Assembly (NCBI RefSeq): GCF_009834535.1
Contig: NC_045697.1
Span: forward strand, 9,054,001 to 9,118,000
DNA from: Camelus ferus
Lineage: Eukaryota
Length of the DNA: 64,000 nt
Reading direction: 5' to 3'
Within the stretch, counting starts at the first letter, position 1. The number at the start of each line of letters is the position of its first letter. The notes under the pieces were generated by a model. That model was given only the letters and a program-made list of their open reading frames with translations. It searched no databases and had not been told where the DNA came from. Positions 51,692 through 63,671 of this stretch are shown piece by piece. A program made the position numbers and the translations under genes.

Positions 51692-54600
51692 ATGGCAATA
51701 AACACACATCTATCATTAGTTACTGTAAATGTTAATGGACTAAATGCTCCAGTCAAAAGACATAGAGTGTCAGACTGGATAATAAAGCAAGAACCTTCAA
51801 TATGCTGCATACAAGAGACCCACTTTAGGGAGAAGGACACATATAGATTAAGAATGAAAGGATGGAAAAGGATATTCCATGCAAATGGAAAAGCCAAAAA
51901 AGCAGGTGTTGCAGTACTGATTTCAGACAAAATAGACTTTAAAACAAAGGCCATAAAGAAAGATAAAGAAGGACATTTTATAATGATTAAAGGAGTGATA
52001 CAAGATGAGGATATTACACTCGTTAATATATATGCACCCAATATAGGAGCACCTAAGTACATACAAGAATTACTAACAGATAAAGGGGGATATTGATGGG
52101 AATACAATCATAGTTGGAGATTTTAACACTGCATTAACATCACTAGACAGATCTTCCAGACAGAAAATAAACAAGGCAACAGAGAAATTAAATACTACAA
52201 TAGAAAAACTAGATTTGGTGGGTATTTTCAGAGCATTACACCCCCCAAAAATAGGATATACATTCTTTTCAAGTGCACATGGAACATTTTCCAGGATCGA
52301 TCATGTACTTGGGCACAAAAGAAACCTCAACAATTTTAAGAAGATAGAAATTATCTCAAGCACCTTTACTGACCACAATGCCATGAAACTGGAAATCAAC
52401 AACAGAGAAACAAAGGAGAAAAAAAGGAAAGCATGGAGATTAAACAATATGTTATTGAAAAAACAATGGATCAATGAGGAAATCAAAGCTGAAATTAAAA
52501 AATACCTTGAGACAAATGATAATGAAAGCACAACCACTCAAAACCTATGGGACACAGCAAAGGCAGTGCTAAGAGGGAAGTTTATAGCGATACAGGCCTT
52601 CCTCAAAAAAGAAGAACAATCTCAAATAAACAATTTAACCCACCACCTGAATGAATTAGAAAAAGAAGAACAAAAAGCCCCAAAAAGCAGCAGAAGGAAG
52701 GAAATAATAAAGATCAGAGAGGAATTAAATACAATAGAGATTAACAAGACCATAGAAAAAATCAACCAAACCAAAAGCTGGTTTTTTGAAAAAGTAAATA
52801 AAATCGACAAACCTCTGGCCAAACTCACAAAGAAGAAAAAAGAGAGAGCACAAATTAGCAAAATAAGAAAGGAAAATGGAGAAATTACAACAAACAAAAT
52901 AGAAATACAGAATATCATATGAGAATATTATGAAAAACTATATGGAACCAAATTGGATGACCTAGAGGAGATGGACAAGTTTCTGGAAACATACTGTTCA
53001 CCAAAACTGAATCAAGAAGAATCTGAACACTTGAACAATCCGATCACTAGAAAGGAAATAGAAATAGCAATTAAAAACCTCCCTACAAGTAAAAGTCCAG
53101 GACCGGACGGCTTCACTGGGGAATTCTACCAAACATACAAAGAAGAACTCATACCAGTCCTTCTCAAACTCTTCCAGATGATTGAAAAGGAGGGAATACT
53201 CCCAAACTCATTCTATGAAGCCACCATCACCCTGATACCAAAACGAGGCAAAGACACTACAAAAAAAGAGAATTATAGGCCAATATCACTGATGAACATA
53301 GACACCAAAATCCTCACCAAAATTTTAGCAAATAGAATCCAACAACACATAAAAAAGATTATACATCATGACCAAGTGGGGTTCATCCCAGGGACACAAG
53401 GCTGGTTCAACATACGCAAATCAATCAGTGTAATACATCACATCAACAAGAGAAAGGACAAAAACCACATGATCATCTCAATCGATGCAGAAAAAGCATT
53501 TGATAAAATTCAACACCCATTTATGATAAAAACTCTCACCAAAGTGGGTATAGAGGGAACATATCTCAACATAATAAAAGCTATATATGACAAACCTACA
53601 GCCAGCATAGTACTCAACGGTGAAAAACTCAAAAGCTTCCCACTAAAATCTGGGACAAGACAAGGATGCCCACTATCACCACTCCTATTCAACATAGTCC
53701 TGGAAGTCCTAGCCACAGCAGTCAGGCAAGAGAAAGAAATAAAAGGGATCCAAATTGGAAAAGAAGAGGTAAAAGTGTCATTATATGCTGATGACATGCT
53801 ACTATATATAGAAAACCCTAAAAGGTCCACACAAAAGCTACTAGAGCTGATTGAAGAATTCAGCAAGGTAGCAGGTTACAAAATTAACGTTCAAAAATCA
53901 GTTGCATTTCTTTACACTAACGATAAATCAACAGAAGAAGAAAGTAAAGAAACAATCCCCTTTAAAATAGCACCCAAAGTAATAAAATATCTGGGAATAA
54001 ATCTAACCAAGGAGGTGAAAGAATTATACACAGAAAACTATAAACCATTGATGAAGGAAATTAAAGAAGACTTTAAAAAATGGAAAGATATTCCACGCTC
54101 TTGGGTTGGAAGAATCAATATTGTTAAAATGGTCACACTGCCCAAGGCAATCTACAGATTTAATGCAATCCCTATCCAATTACCCAGGACATATTTCACA
54201 GAATTAGAAAAAATCATAATAAAATTCATATGGAACCATCAAAGACCTAGAATTGCCAAAGCATTACTGAAGAGAAAGAAAGAGGCTGGAGGAATAACTC
54301 TCCCAGACTTCAGACACTACTATAGAGCTACAGTCATCAAGACAGCATGGTATTGGTACCAAAACAGACATATAGACCAATGGAACAGAATAGAGAGCCC
54401 AGAAATGAACCCACAAACTTTTGGTCAACTCATCTTTGACAAAGGAGGCAAGAATATACATTGGAATAAAGACAGTCTCTTCAGCAAATGGTGTTGGGAA
54501 TACTGGACAGCAGCATGTAAAACAATGAAGCTAGAACACTCCCTTACACCATATACAAAAATCAACTCAAAATGGACTAAAGACTTAAATATAAGACAAA

Positions 54601-55488
54601 ATACAATAAACCTCCTAGAGGAAAACATAGGCAAAACATTATCTGACATACATTTAAAAAATTTTCTCCTAGAAGAAATAAAAGCAAGAATAAACAAATG
54701 GGACCTAATGAAACTTACAAGCTTCTGCACAGCAAAGGAAACCATAAATAAAACAAGAAGAAAACCTACGGAATGGGAGAAAATTTTTGCAAGTGAAACC
54801 GACAAGGGCTTGATCTCCAGAATATATAAGCAGCTCATACGACTCAATAAGAAAAAAAATAAACAACCCAATCCAAAAATGGGCAGAAGACCTAAACAAG
54901 CAATTCTCCAAGGAAGACATACAAATGATCAAAAAGCACATGAAAAAATGCTCCATATCACTAATTATCAGAGAAATGCAAATCAAAACTACAATGAGGT
55001 ATCACCTCACACCAGTCAGAATGGCCGTCATTCAAAAATCCACAAATGACAAATGCTGGAGAGGCTGTGGAGAAAGGGGAACTCTCCTACACTGCTGGTG
55101 GGAATGCAGTTTGGTGCAGCCACTATGGAAAACAGTGTGGAGATTCCTCAAAAGACTAGGAATAGACTTACCATATGACCCAGGAATCCCACTCCTGCGC
55201 TTGTATCCAGAAGGAAATCTACTTCAGGATGACACCTACACCCCAATGTTCATAGCAGCACTATTTACAATAGCCAAAACATGGAAACAGCCTTAATGTC
55301 CATCAACAGGTGACTGGATAAAGAAGAGGTGGTATATTTATACAATGGGATACTACTCAGCCATAAAAACTGACAACATAATGCCATTTGCAGCAACATA
55401 GATGCTCCTGGAGAATGTCATTCTAAGTGAAGTAAGCCAGAAAGAGAAAGAAAAATACCATATGAGATCGCTCATATGTGGAATCTAA
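51692..55488 (+). pseudogene. ORF2: L1 ORF2p (APE endonuclease, reverse transcriptase, CCHC), disabled
   Basis: [37 protein letters not shown] (53784-53795) and [18 protein letters not shown] motifs. Frameshifts at ~52078-52090 and 54852-54859; stops at 52920-52922, 55294-55296 and 55399-55401. Confidence 0.97.
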
Positions 55489-55994
55489 AAAACAAAAACA
55501 GAAACAAACAAACAAACAAAAACAAAGCGTAAATAAAGGACAGAAATAGACTCACAGACAGAGAATACAGACTTGTGGTTACCAGGGGGGTGGAGGGTGG
55601 GAAGGGATAGACTGGGATTTCAAAATTGTAGAATAGACTACACTGTATAGCACAGGGAAATATACACAAAATGTTATGATAACTCACAGAAAAAAATGTG
55701 ACAATGAGTGTGTATATGTCCATGAATAACTGAAAAATTGTGCTGAACACTGGAATTTGACACAACATTGTAAAATGATTATAAATCAATAAAAAATGTT
55801 AAAAAAAAACCTAAAAAACTAAAAATGGACTTACCATATGATCCAGCGATCCCATTACTGGGCATATATCCAGAGAAAACTCAAATTCCAAAAGATACGT
55901 GCACCAAAATATTCATAGCAGAATTATTTACAATAGTCAAGGCATGGAAGCGACCTAAATGTCCATGCACAGATGGCTGAATAAGGAAGATGTG

Positions 55995-55996
<2 letters not shown>

Positions 55997-56044
<48 letters not shown>
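55997..56044. repeat. (AC)24 microsatellite inside the older L1
   Basis: Perfect dinucleotide run. Confidence 0.97.
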
Positions 56045-56047
<3 letters not shown>

Positions 56048-56173
56048 GAGTACTACTCAGCCATAAAAAGAATGAAATAATGCCATCTGAGCAACATGGA
56101 TGGACCTAGAGATCATACTAAGTGGAGTAAATCCAACAGAGAAAGACAAATATCATAGGATATCACTTATATA

Positions 56174-56240
56174 TGAAAAATGATATAAATGATAAAAAAT
56201 GATATAACTGATATAAAATGATATAACTGAAATAAATGAA
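56174..56240. repeat. Degenerate ~9-10-bp tandem repeat (TGATATAAA/C) in the old L1 3'UTR
   Basis: TGATATAAATGATAAAAAATGATATAACTGATATAAAATGATATAACTGAAATAAATGA. Confidence 0.8.
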
Positions 56241-56679
56241 CTTATTTACAAAAGAGAAACAGACAGACAGGGAAAACAAGTTTATGGTTACCAAAGGGGA
56301 AAGGTAGGGGGAGGGATAAATTAGGAGTTTGGGGTCAGCAGATATAAACTAATATATAAAAAATAGATAGACAACAAGATCCTACTATATAGCACTGGGA
56401 ACTATATTCAATATCTTTTAATGATCTATAATGAAAAAATATACATATATATATATGTTAAAAATACTGAATCACTATGCTGTACCTAGAAACTAACACA
56501 ATGTTGTAAATCAAATACACTTAAATAAAAAAATATTAAAATGCTGGAAATTAGTCAAACCTTCTGAGAAGGGAGACGAACATTGTAGAGGGAAGTGGTA
56601 ATTCCTTCCAAAGCACTAGGGGATATTACAGTAAGAAATCTGACTCAAGGCTTAAAATTTTCAAAACCTGGAGAAAGAC

Positions 56680-56821
56680 CAGGACAGAAACAAGGGTGAG
56701 GCAAGTGAGGTACCTGGGGTATAAAATGTAAGGACCTGGCACTTACGTGACCTGACAGTGGGCCCCTCCTTAAATGTTGCCCCCAAGGTGCCTCACTTGC
56801 CTCAGCCTAGCCCCAGCCCTG
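56680..56821. mobile_element. MER96-like hAT-Tip100 MITE (142 bp)
   Basis: Long inverted arms GGGTGAGGCAAGTGAGGTACC / GGTGCCTCACTTGCCTCAGCC; perfect 8-bp TSD AGAAAGAC (56672-56679 / 56822-56829). Confidence 0.92.
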
Positions 56822-57248
56822 AGAAAGACAGGCGCTTGTGTTGCCCACGGCAGAGTTCTAGGTCTTCGTCAACCCCCTGGGGGCTCAGGAGCTAGAAACT
56901 TTGCCAGATACTTTGATTCGGGAATGTGCAGGAGCTGAAGGTCCAGCTGAACAAATGGGCAGACAAGAAGGACATTTTCCCCGCAGGGAAGGTGTTTTAG
57001 TCTAGGCAGTCATGCAGCAAAGAGATATGGTGTCTTCATCTTCATTTACATTAGCTGGTAGTTTCTTCATTGGGAAAATCTGCATTCTTTATGTAGAATA
57101 AAGCACTGCTCCTTTCCATATTATCTTTGCAGGTGTGTGGTGAGGGAGTTGAGGACCAGCGTAAGATTACATAGTACATTTTGGTGTAGTCGGGACTGGG
57201 ATCCACATCTGCCATCTGAATCAACAGGAGTGATTTAACAATCACCAT

Positions 57249-57348
57249 NNNNNNNNNNNNNNNNNNNNNNNNNNNNNNNNNNNNNNNNNNNNNNNNNNNN
57301 NNNNNNNNNNNNNNNNNNNNNNNNNNNNNNNNNNNNNNNNNNNNNNNN
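57249..57348. other. Assembly gap (100 N)
   Basis: Run of exactly 100 N, the usual placeholder for a gap of unknown size. Confidence 0.99.
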
Positions 57349-58579
57349 CATTGCATATTTTCAGTAGTGCTGAAAAATAATGACAATCCAACATAATGAA
57401 TCTACTTTCTCATTTTAATATGAGATACAATTTATTGAATGCATGGCATGCTACAAGCCATGTTCTGGGAACAGAACATAATTGCTCATCCTCACAATGG
57501 AGATATTATAATGAAGATATTAAAGATAAGAATATTAGGAATAGAAAGACAACTTTGAGCCATAAATCCTTCTCCTATTCATGGTTTGACTTTGGGCAAA
57601 TTACTTAACAATTCTGAGCCTCAATTTCCTTATTTTTCTTATCTTAGCCTGGGCTGGGAAATTAGAGACTTGGGCCCCCACTCCCATCTTTGACCCTCAA
57701 TAGCCTTGTGATTTTGGGAAAAACCACCTTAATCTTACAGCAGCAACACTGAGCTCATTAATTTCTAAGGTCCATTTCAGCTTCAAGATTTTATAAGTTC
57801 TTTGATAGGCGATTTTTAAAATCTTCCCCTTAGAATGAAAGATTTCATTATTAAAATCGTGTATTTGGTTTTTCAGAATCAACTTCCTAATTTTCAGCTG
57901 TGTCCAAACATGTTTGGTCCAAATGAATTCTGAAATACCAGTTTCCTAGCCAAAGACCAGGAAGCTTACTTTTTCATACCGGTTATAACTTTCTCTTGCA
58001 TGCCAGGAAACAGACTGTTTAAGAATCTGATTTCAGTAGGACAAGGTCGAATTTTATAGTAACACCTGAGGTTGGAATCATCAGCCAGGAGATGGACTTT
58101 CCCCTAAAATCAAAGAGACTCTAATTCAGACTAATGGTGTTCCTGACTTATTCATCTCCATAGGCTTGCTCAATTCCCTGCAGATGTTTCTTGTTTCAGT
58201 TTATAGAAACATTGCTGGTGATTTATTTGCTGAAATGCACGATCACTCACTTGTTTTTCTGCTGATGAATGATTTATTACCATCCATTATGCATGGGAAG
58301 ATGGAAATGTTTTACTTTTATTTTATTTTTTATTTGCTGTTATCAGGCACACGGAAGACAAGTTAGGAAACAATCTCAGTGGTGATAGATGCGCCATTGT
58401 GTGTCTGGGTTTGTGCAAAATCAAAGGGCCCATTTTTCCCCACTCATGGTGCTGTGGTTTCTTGGACCTCTTCCTGGGTCTTCTTGAAGGCACTAGACAC
58501 TGAGGTTGAATACAGAGCTCATACGTCCTACTTCCTGGATTCATAATTAACACCTTCACTTTTTAGTTGTGAATTCACA

Positions 58580-58800
58580 ATAGCAAATATTTGCAGAGGA
58601 TTCACTGAGTGTCTGCATTTAACCTATATTAGCTCATTTAATGCACTTGCCAACTCTGTGTGGTAAGTCCTACTATCATTCTCAATTTATGGATGAGAAA
58701 ATTGAGTCATAGCGTTTAAGTAATTATCCTAACATCACACAGCAAAAGAAAATATTCAAAAACCTGATCTTCTGACACCCAAATCCAGGTTCCTCACCAT
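58580..58800 (-). mobile_element. MIR SINE
   Basis: TATATTAGCTCATTTAAT..CAACTCTGTG..CTCAATTTATGGATGAGAAAATTGAG. Confidence 0.8.
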
Positions 58801-59097
58801 TGTTCCCAAATGCCTAAAATATCGCGGGGGGGAAAGCATCTTGGATTTATGAATACCAAGTGCTCCTCTTCATTTACCTTATTCTTCTTTTCTGACATGT
58901 ATATCCCCATCCTATTGGCCTCTCTAAATAATAGGTCTTCATTTCATGTGTGTTTGTGTGTAAAGCTTGTCAGCACACATGTGCATGCATACACACACAC
59001 ACACACACACAGATACACTACATTTGCCAATTGCTTTTACGAGTACACAGAGCACATCCTGCCTGTTCTTTGCTGTAAAAAGTAGATTTGAAACACT

Positions 59098-59700
59098 GTG
59101 TATTTGTTTTATATTCCCGATATCAAGTCACCAAACACTTAGCAGCTTAACACAGCATACATTTATTTTTTCATGGTTTCTGTGGGTCAGGAGACTGGGA
59201 ACAATTGAGGGTCCTCTTCCCCATAGTCCTCAGCCTGCAGTCAAGATGTCAGCCCAGTCTGTGTGTTTTCACCTGGAGACTTGACTAGGGAAGAATCTGC
59301 TTCTGATCTCATCAATTCTATTGATGGTAGAATTCATTTCCTTGAGGCTGCCTGACTGAAAACCTCAATTCTTACAGGCTGGAGGCTAGAGACTAGAGGC
59401 TAGAGACTACTCTCCACTCCTAAAGGCTGCCCACAGTTCTCTGCCACATGTCCATCTTCAAAGCCAGTTCACATCATGGCTATTTGCTTCTCCAAAGCCA
59501 GCAGGGGAATCTTTCTAAGTTCAGTCAGCTAAGTCAAGAGTCTTAGATAATAAAACTTAATCACAAGGGTGACATTCATCTTCTTTCCCATAATCCATCA
59601 GTTATAAGCAAGCCAGAGGCATTGATTAACCAAACTCTAGGGTAGCCAATATTCAAGGATATGATTCATCAGGGGTCATCTTTGGGTATGTCTCCTGCAC
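59098..59700 (-). mobile_element. MaLR LTR (MLT1D/E-like)
   Basis: CACCAAACACTTAGCAGCTTAACACAGCATACATTTATT..TTTCTGTGGGTCAGGAG..TGACTAGGGAAGAATCTGCTTC. Confidence 0.8.
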
Positions 59701-59826
59701 CCACTTCCTCTAAGCAGTCAGTCATTTCCCGACTGGCTATCCTACATGGAAATCCAAGTGATACTGAGTAGTCATGGAATCCTAGAAATGGGAATGAGAT
59801 AAGGATAACAGTCAATGTCTTCAAGC

Positions 59827-60354
59827 TGTTGCAGAAAAAGGTGTTACAGCTCAGTATTACAGCTCAACTGTAACAGCAGCCCTCGGAGAGTTGGAGAACT
59901 CTGGTTTATTACACTAGCGGGTCCACAAAAGTCAACACTTCAAGCTCTGGACCCCACCTGTAGGTTTACACAGGCCTTTTATAGGCTGCCAGTTTTACAG
60001 TTTGCAACATCATATGCAAATCAGGTATAACAGAAGTCGACAAACCAGGAACAAGCTTTGTAGAAATAGACCAATCAGGAGTGAGTTCCATGCAAATGAC
60101 GTACTACAAATGGACCAATCAGAAGTTAGGGAAGTGGACCAATCAGAAATGAGAGTAATAACCAATCAGGAGTGAAGGAAATAACCAGTCAGAAGTGAGC
60201 TCAGGGAACCAATAGAATTTTAGGTGTAAGTTAGCCGCTTTAGAGGCAGAAAGTGAGATAGAGCTTCTGGGCCCGGGAACCGGACGGTGCTGGGAGGAGA
60301 GCAGCGGCCCTGCCTGGGGGTCCTGCCGGTCTTTTTATGGGGCTTCCCGCCTCA
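59827..60354 (-). mobile_element. ERV1-class solo LTR, 528 bp
   Basis: TG...CA termini; perfect 4-bp TSD AAGC (59823-59826 / 60355-60358); on the minus strand TATAAAA (59977-59983) then AATAAA (59905-59910); CCAAT array in U3. Confidence 0.93.
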
Positions 60355-62645
60355 AAGCCATAAAGTTTAAAGTATTCTTCTACACATGCCTGTCAAAGAT
60401 GCCTTATCTCCAAATGCACTCATTCAGATGTCCTTTCCTCTGAACACACAGGGTAGGCGACTTATTGGTGTCAATTCTCCTTTTCCTCTCTCCATTTCTC
60501 ATCTTGGTACTGAACATCCCTTCTCTGTTGGCTCACTTGTTAATTCAAAAACAGAAATTTTCACTTGATGAAGTTGAAGTTTTCCAAGGGACTATAACGT
60601 TCCAGTCAAGTCTCTTAAAGTCTCCATCTGAGACTTCCTGAATCTCTTGGGGAAGCTGTCTGTCAAGACTGAGATACTTCTAGAGATGGCCTCATCCATT
60701 GCAGTTTCCAGAATTTAATCCTCAAAGAGTGACCTAAATATTTGGAAGGTGCTGTAACTCTTTCGCCTTGTGCAGGGTAACCATTTCTAATTGTCTGTGT
60801 GTTTCTGTGCCCAATGCACTTTGCAAATGGCTGCTGCTGTGCCTTGCTCACATTTGTGAAAAGGCAGACAAACAAAGGTACTCATTCTATGCTTCTCCTT
60901 CCTGGAGAGATTTAATTATTTTTGGCATTGGTTCTTTCACACTAAGCAACTTCCCTTACTTAATACTTAGGATCATAACACTTACTGAATTATTCTGGGA
61001 CCAGTCCATATTTGAAGCATATAGGGAAAATTTCCTGCACTGTCTTCTTCTAGTCAATGGCTTGTGTCAGAACAGAGTATGTAATTCCAGAGAATCTGAG
61101 GTTAGAACATCATTGTTTGTGAAGCATTTTTCATTCATTCCTGAGTAATTGTTATGAGGAAAGACCTAAACAAAAGGACTGTGCAGGCTCTAGAAACTGG
61201 CTTGGTATCATTTTGGAAATTGAATTTGCAAATAGAATGCAGTCCAGAAAGGGACGTGCAGGCAAGGAATTCATACACCTACAATAAGAACATTGATTTC
61301 TTTAAGGTCATTTACTTGCAACACTCATTTTCCTGATATTTTCTCCTTCTGAGGTTTATAGTTGGCCCAAGGCAGGGCCCTGCCAACTCCTCAGCCTTGC
61401 TCTGCTGAGTGATATGCTAACAGCCTGACCCAAGGCCCCCACGTAAAGGCTGGGTTCCTCCCCGCTTGACTACACTTTCCTTGGGTTGAGGACTTGGCTT
61501 CCCTGAAGCTCAATCCTGCATCACTTGAATGAAACATTCATGTCCCCTCCTTGGTTTGAGTATCATCATTCTTATGCTTGGAACTTCTTATTGTAACCTA
61601 CTGACCACAATTCAATTAAAGTTTCACTGTTCTAGTCTTTGTCTCTGTATTAAGTGGGTATAATCCAGAAGCTGATATAATTTTCACAGAGCTTGAAACA
61701 TCATCAAATAGTTATTATTCTCATTGATAATTGTTTCATGAGTTAACTCAAACAGAATCCTTTCTTTTAAGCACTTGAGTTCAACTTTTGCTATTTAAAA
61801 CAAAACAAAAAAGTTTGTATTTCTTAATTGCCTTATTTATTCTCCACTGCTCCCTTGAACACTCCTCTGAATTGTAAAACCATCTTCTCTTCTAGAATTA
61901 GATTTTTTTTCCTCTCAGGAATGCTTAAAATAACCCCTTTTCATGGAACATTCATCAAGTTGTGTCCTCCTTAAAGGTTAAAATTGACTACATAATTCAT
62001 TTCTGAGAAGTTCATTTTAGGTTCTCTTAGATTGGTCAACTCTGCCATAATAGACTTAAAATGGATATAAACACCCTGTGCACTCACACCTACTCCCAAT
62101 CCAGCTGGTTATTTCTTCCCTAAGGCCCTATGCTCTCTCTTAGCTTTGAACTCTAAACACTCTGCTCCCACGTTTTAAACAAACTCATTCTGATCCATTC
62201 TACCTCCATCACTTGATTAACTACCTGCATTGTTGGTCCCAGTTTACATTCTAATTCATCCATCACTTCCCCTACTGGCCCTAGCAGTGAGTCCAGTCTC
62301 CCTCCCACCCATCACGTGAGTTCCAGGAGCTGCTGTACTTAGTGAAATAGGAGAAATGATAGCCTTGACCTGTGATTTTCTGGCCTCTTGCCTTGTTTTC
62401 TCCAACCACCTATGAAAACCTTGAGGCAGAGACTGTGGCTTATTCATTGTGCTACCTCCATGCTCTCAGTAGAGCTTTATTACATAAGTGAAGGCATCCC
62501 TGTCATATAGATGAGGACACTGGGAATCAGAAACTCTAAGTGAGCTTCTCATCTTCACATGGTTGTAAGAAGAATAAATCCATATTTAAGGCTCCAGAGT
62601 TAGACTTTAGACTGTAATGTGCTATTCATAGTTTGCTTATTTATT

Positions 62646-62973
62646 TGCTATGGACTAAATGTTTGTCTCCCTCAGATTCACTTTCTGAAACCTAATCCCC
62701 ACTGTGATGGTATTTGGGGGTGGGACCTTTGGGAGGTGATTTGTGCTTTTGGAAATGAGGCCCCAGAGAGCTCTCTTGCCCTTTCTAGTATGTGAGTAAC
62801 AGCAGGAAGGCAGCCTTCTATGAATCAGGAAGGAAGTGCCATCTGTGAACCAAATCTGCCAGCACCTTGATCTTGAACTTTCAGCTTCCAGAACAGTGAG
62901 GAATCAATTTCTGTTTCTTATAAGCCACCCAGTTTATGATATTCTGTATTAGCAGCCAGAATGAACTCAGAAA
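62646..62973 (+). mobile_element. MaLR solo LTR (MLT1A-like) nested in an older MLT1
   Basis: TGCTATGGACTAAATGTTTGT start; TTTCAGCTTCCAGAACAGTGAG..TAAGCCACCCAG; 5-bp TSD TTATT (62641-62645 / 62974-62978). Confidence 0.88.
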
Positions 62974-63505
62974 TTATTGTTGCATAATAAGCCATCACAA
63001 AATTTAGTGGCTTATAATGATTGTTTATTTTGCTTGCAATTTCGTAGGTCAAGCTGTTGGGAAGGACTGGGCTCGGTAGCTCATCTCTGCCCCACATGGC
63101 ACTAGCTGGGACAGTTAAGGCTGGAGAGTCCACTTCTAAAATGGTATCTCACTCTCATATCATATGCCTTGGTGCTCATTGGTGCCTCTCTTTTTCCCTG
63201 TGTCATCTCACCCCCCAGGGACTCTCCACGTGTGTTGGGCTTATCAAAGTAAAATAGTATCTCTTCTATTGCAGCTAGCTCTCAAGAGGTAGTACCAGAC
63301 CAATTAAAGGCTGTGCTTAGATCTGGCACAATGTCACTTCTGTTGTATTCTATTGATCAAAGCAGTCAAAGTCCTCATTCACATTCGAAGGGTTGGAGAA
63401 ATAAACTCTACCTTTTGATTTTGGGAAGGCAATGTTACCTTGCAGAATAACATGCTGGATGGGAATCAATGCAGTATCCAATTTGGAAAATAAAATCTAC
63501 TACGA
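62974..63505 (-). mobile_element. MaLR LTR (MLT1H-like)
   Basis: TATTGTTGCATAATAAGCCATCACAAAATTTAGTGGCTT..GTCACTTCTGTTGTATTCTATTGATCAAAGCAGTCA. Confidence 0.75.
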
Positions 63506-63671
63506 ACCATCTAGGATCAGCTGAATGTATGAAGAGAAAAATTTCTTCCTTCCTTCATTCAATAAATTTTCTTCACACAGCTTTATTACAATGAGCACAT
63601 TACACAAGTGACCAAGGCATGCTTCTTGCTTTCAAGGGACAACATTCTGGCAGAAGAGGCAAGAAAATTGG

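Larger units (their letters stand above)
48710..55812 (+). mobile_element. Full-length young LINE-1 (~7.1 kb), camelid-type by inference
   Basis: Perfect 16-bp TSD AAAAAACTAAAAATGG (48694-48709 / 55813-55828) at a TT/AAAA site; 5'UTR, ORF1, ORF2, 3'UTR, AATAAA at 55788-55793, A-tail. Confidence 0.98.
48466..56538 (+). mobile_element. Older 5'-truncated L1 (pieces 48466-48709 and 55829-56538), split by the young full-length L1
   Basis: The left piece encodes [37 protein letters not shown]; the right piece resumes ACTTACCATATGATCCAGC to the A-tail. TSD AAATGCTGAAAGTTA (48451-48465) / AAATGCTGGAAATTA (56539-56553), 13/15. Confidence 0.9.

Noticed and set aside
50487..54986. Hydrophobic antisense ORFs opposite L1 ORF1/ORF2
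   Set aside because: Familiar shadow ORFs of the A-rich L1 coding strand.
57051..57386. 111-aa ORF
   Set aside because: Artefact of reading through the 100-N gap.
60060..60215. CRISPR-like regularly spaced repeats
   Set aside because: Eukaryotic LTR enhancer repeats bounded by TG..CA and a TSD; no unique spacers or cas genes.
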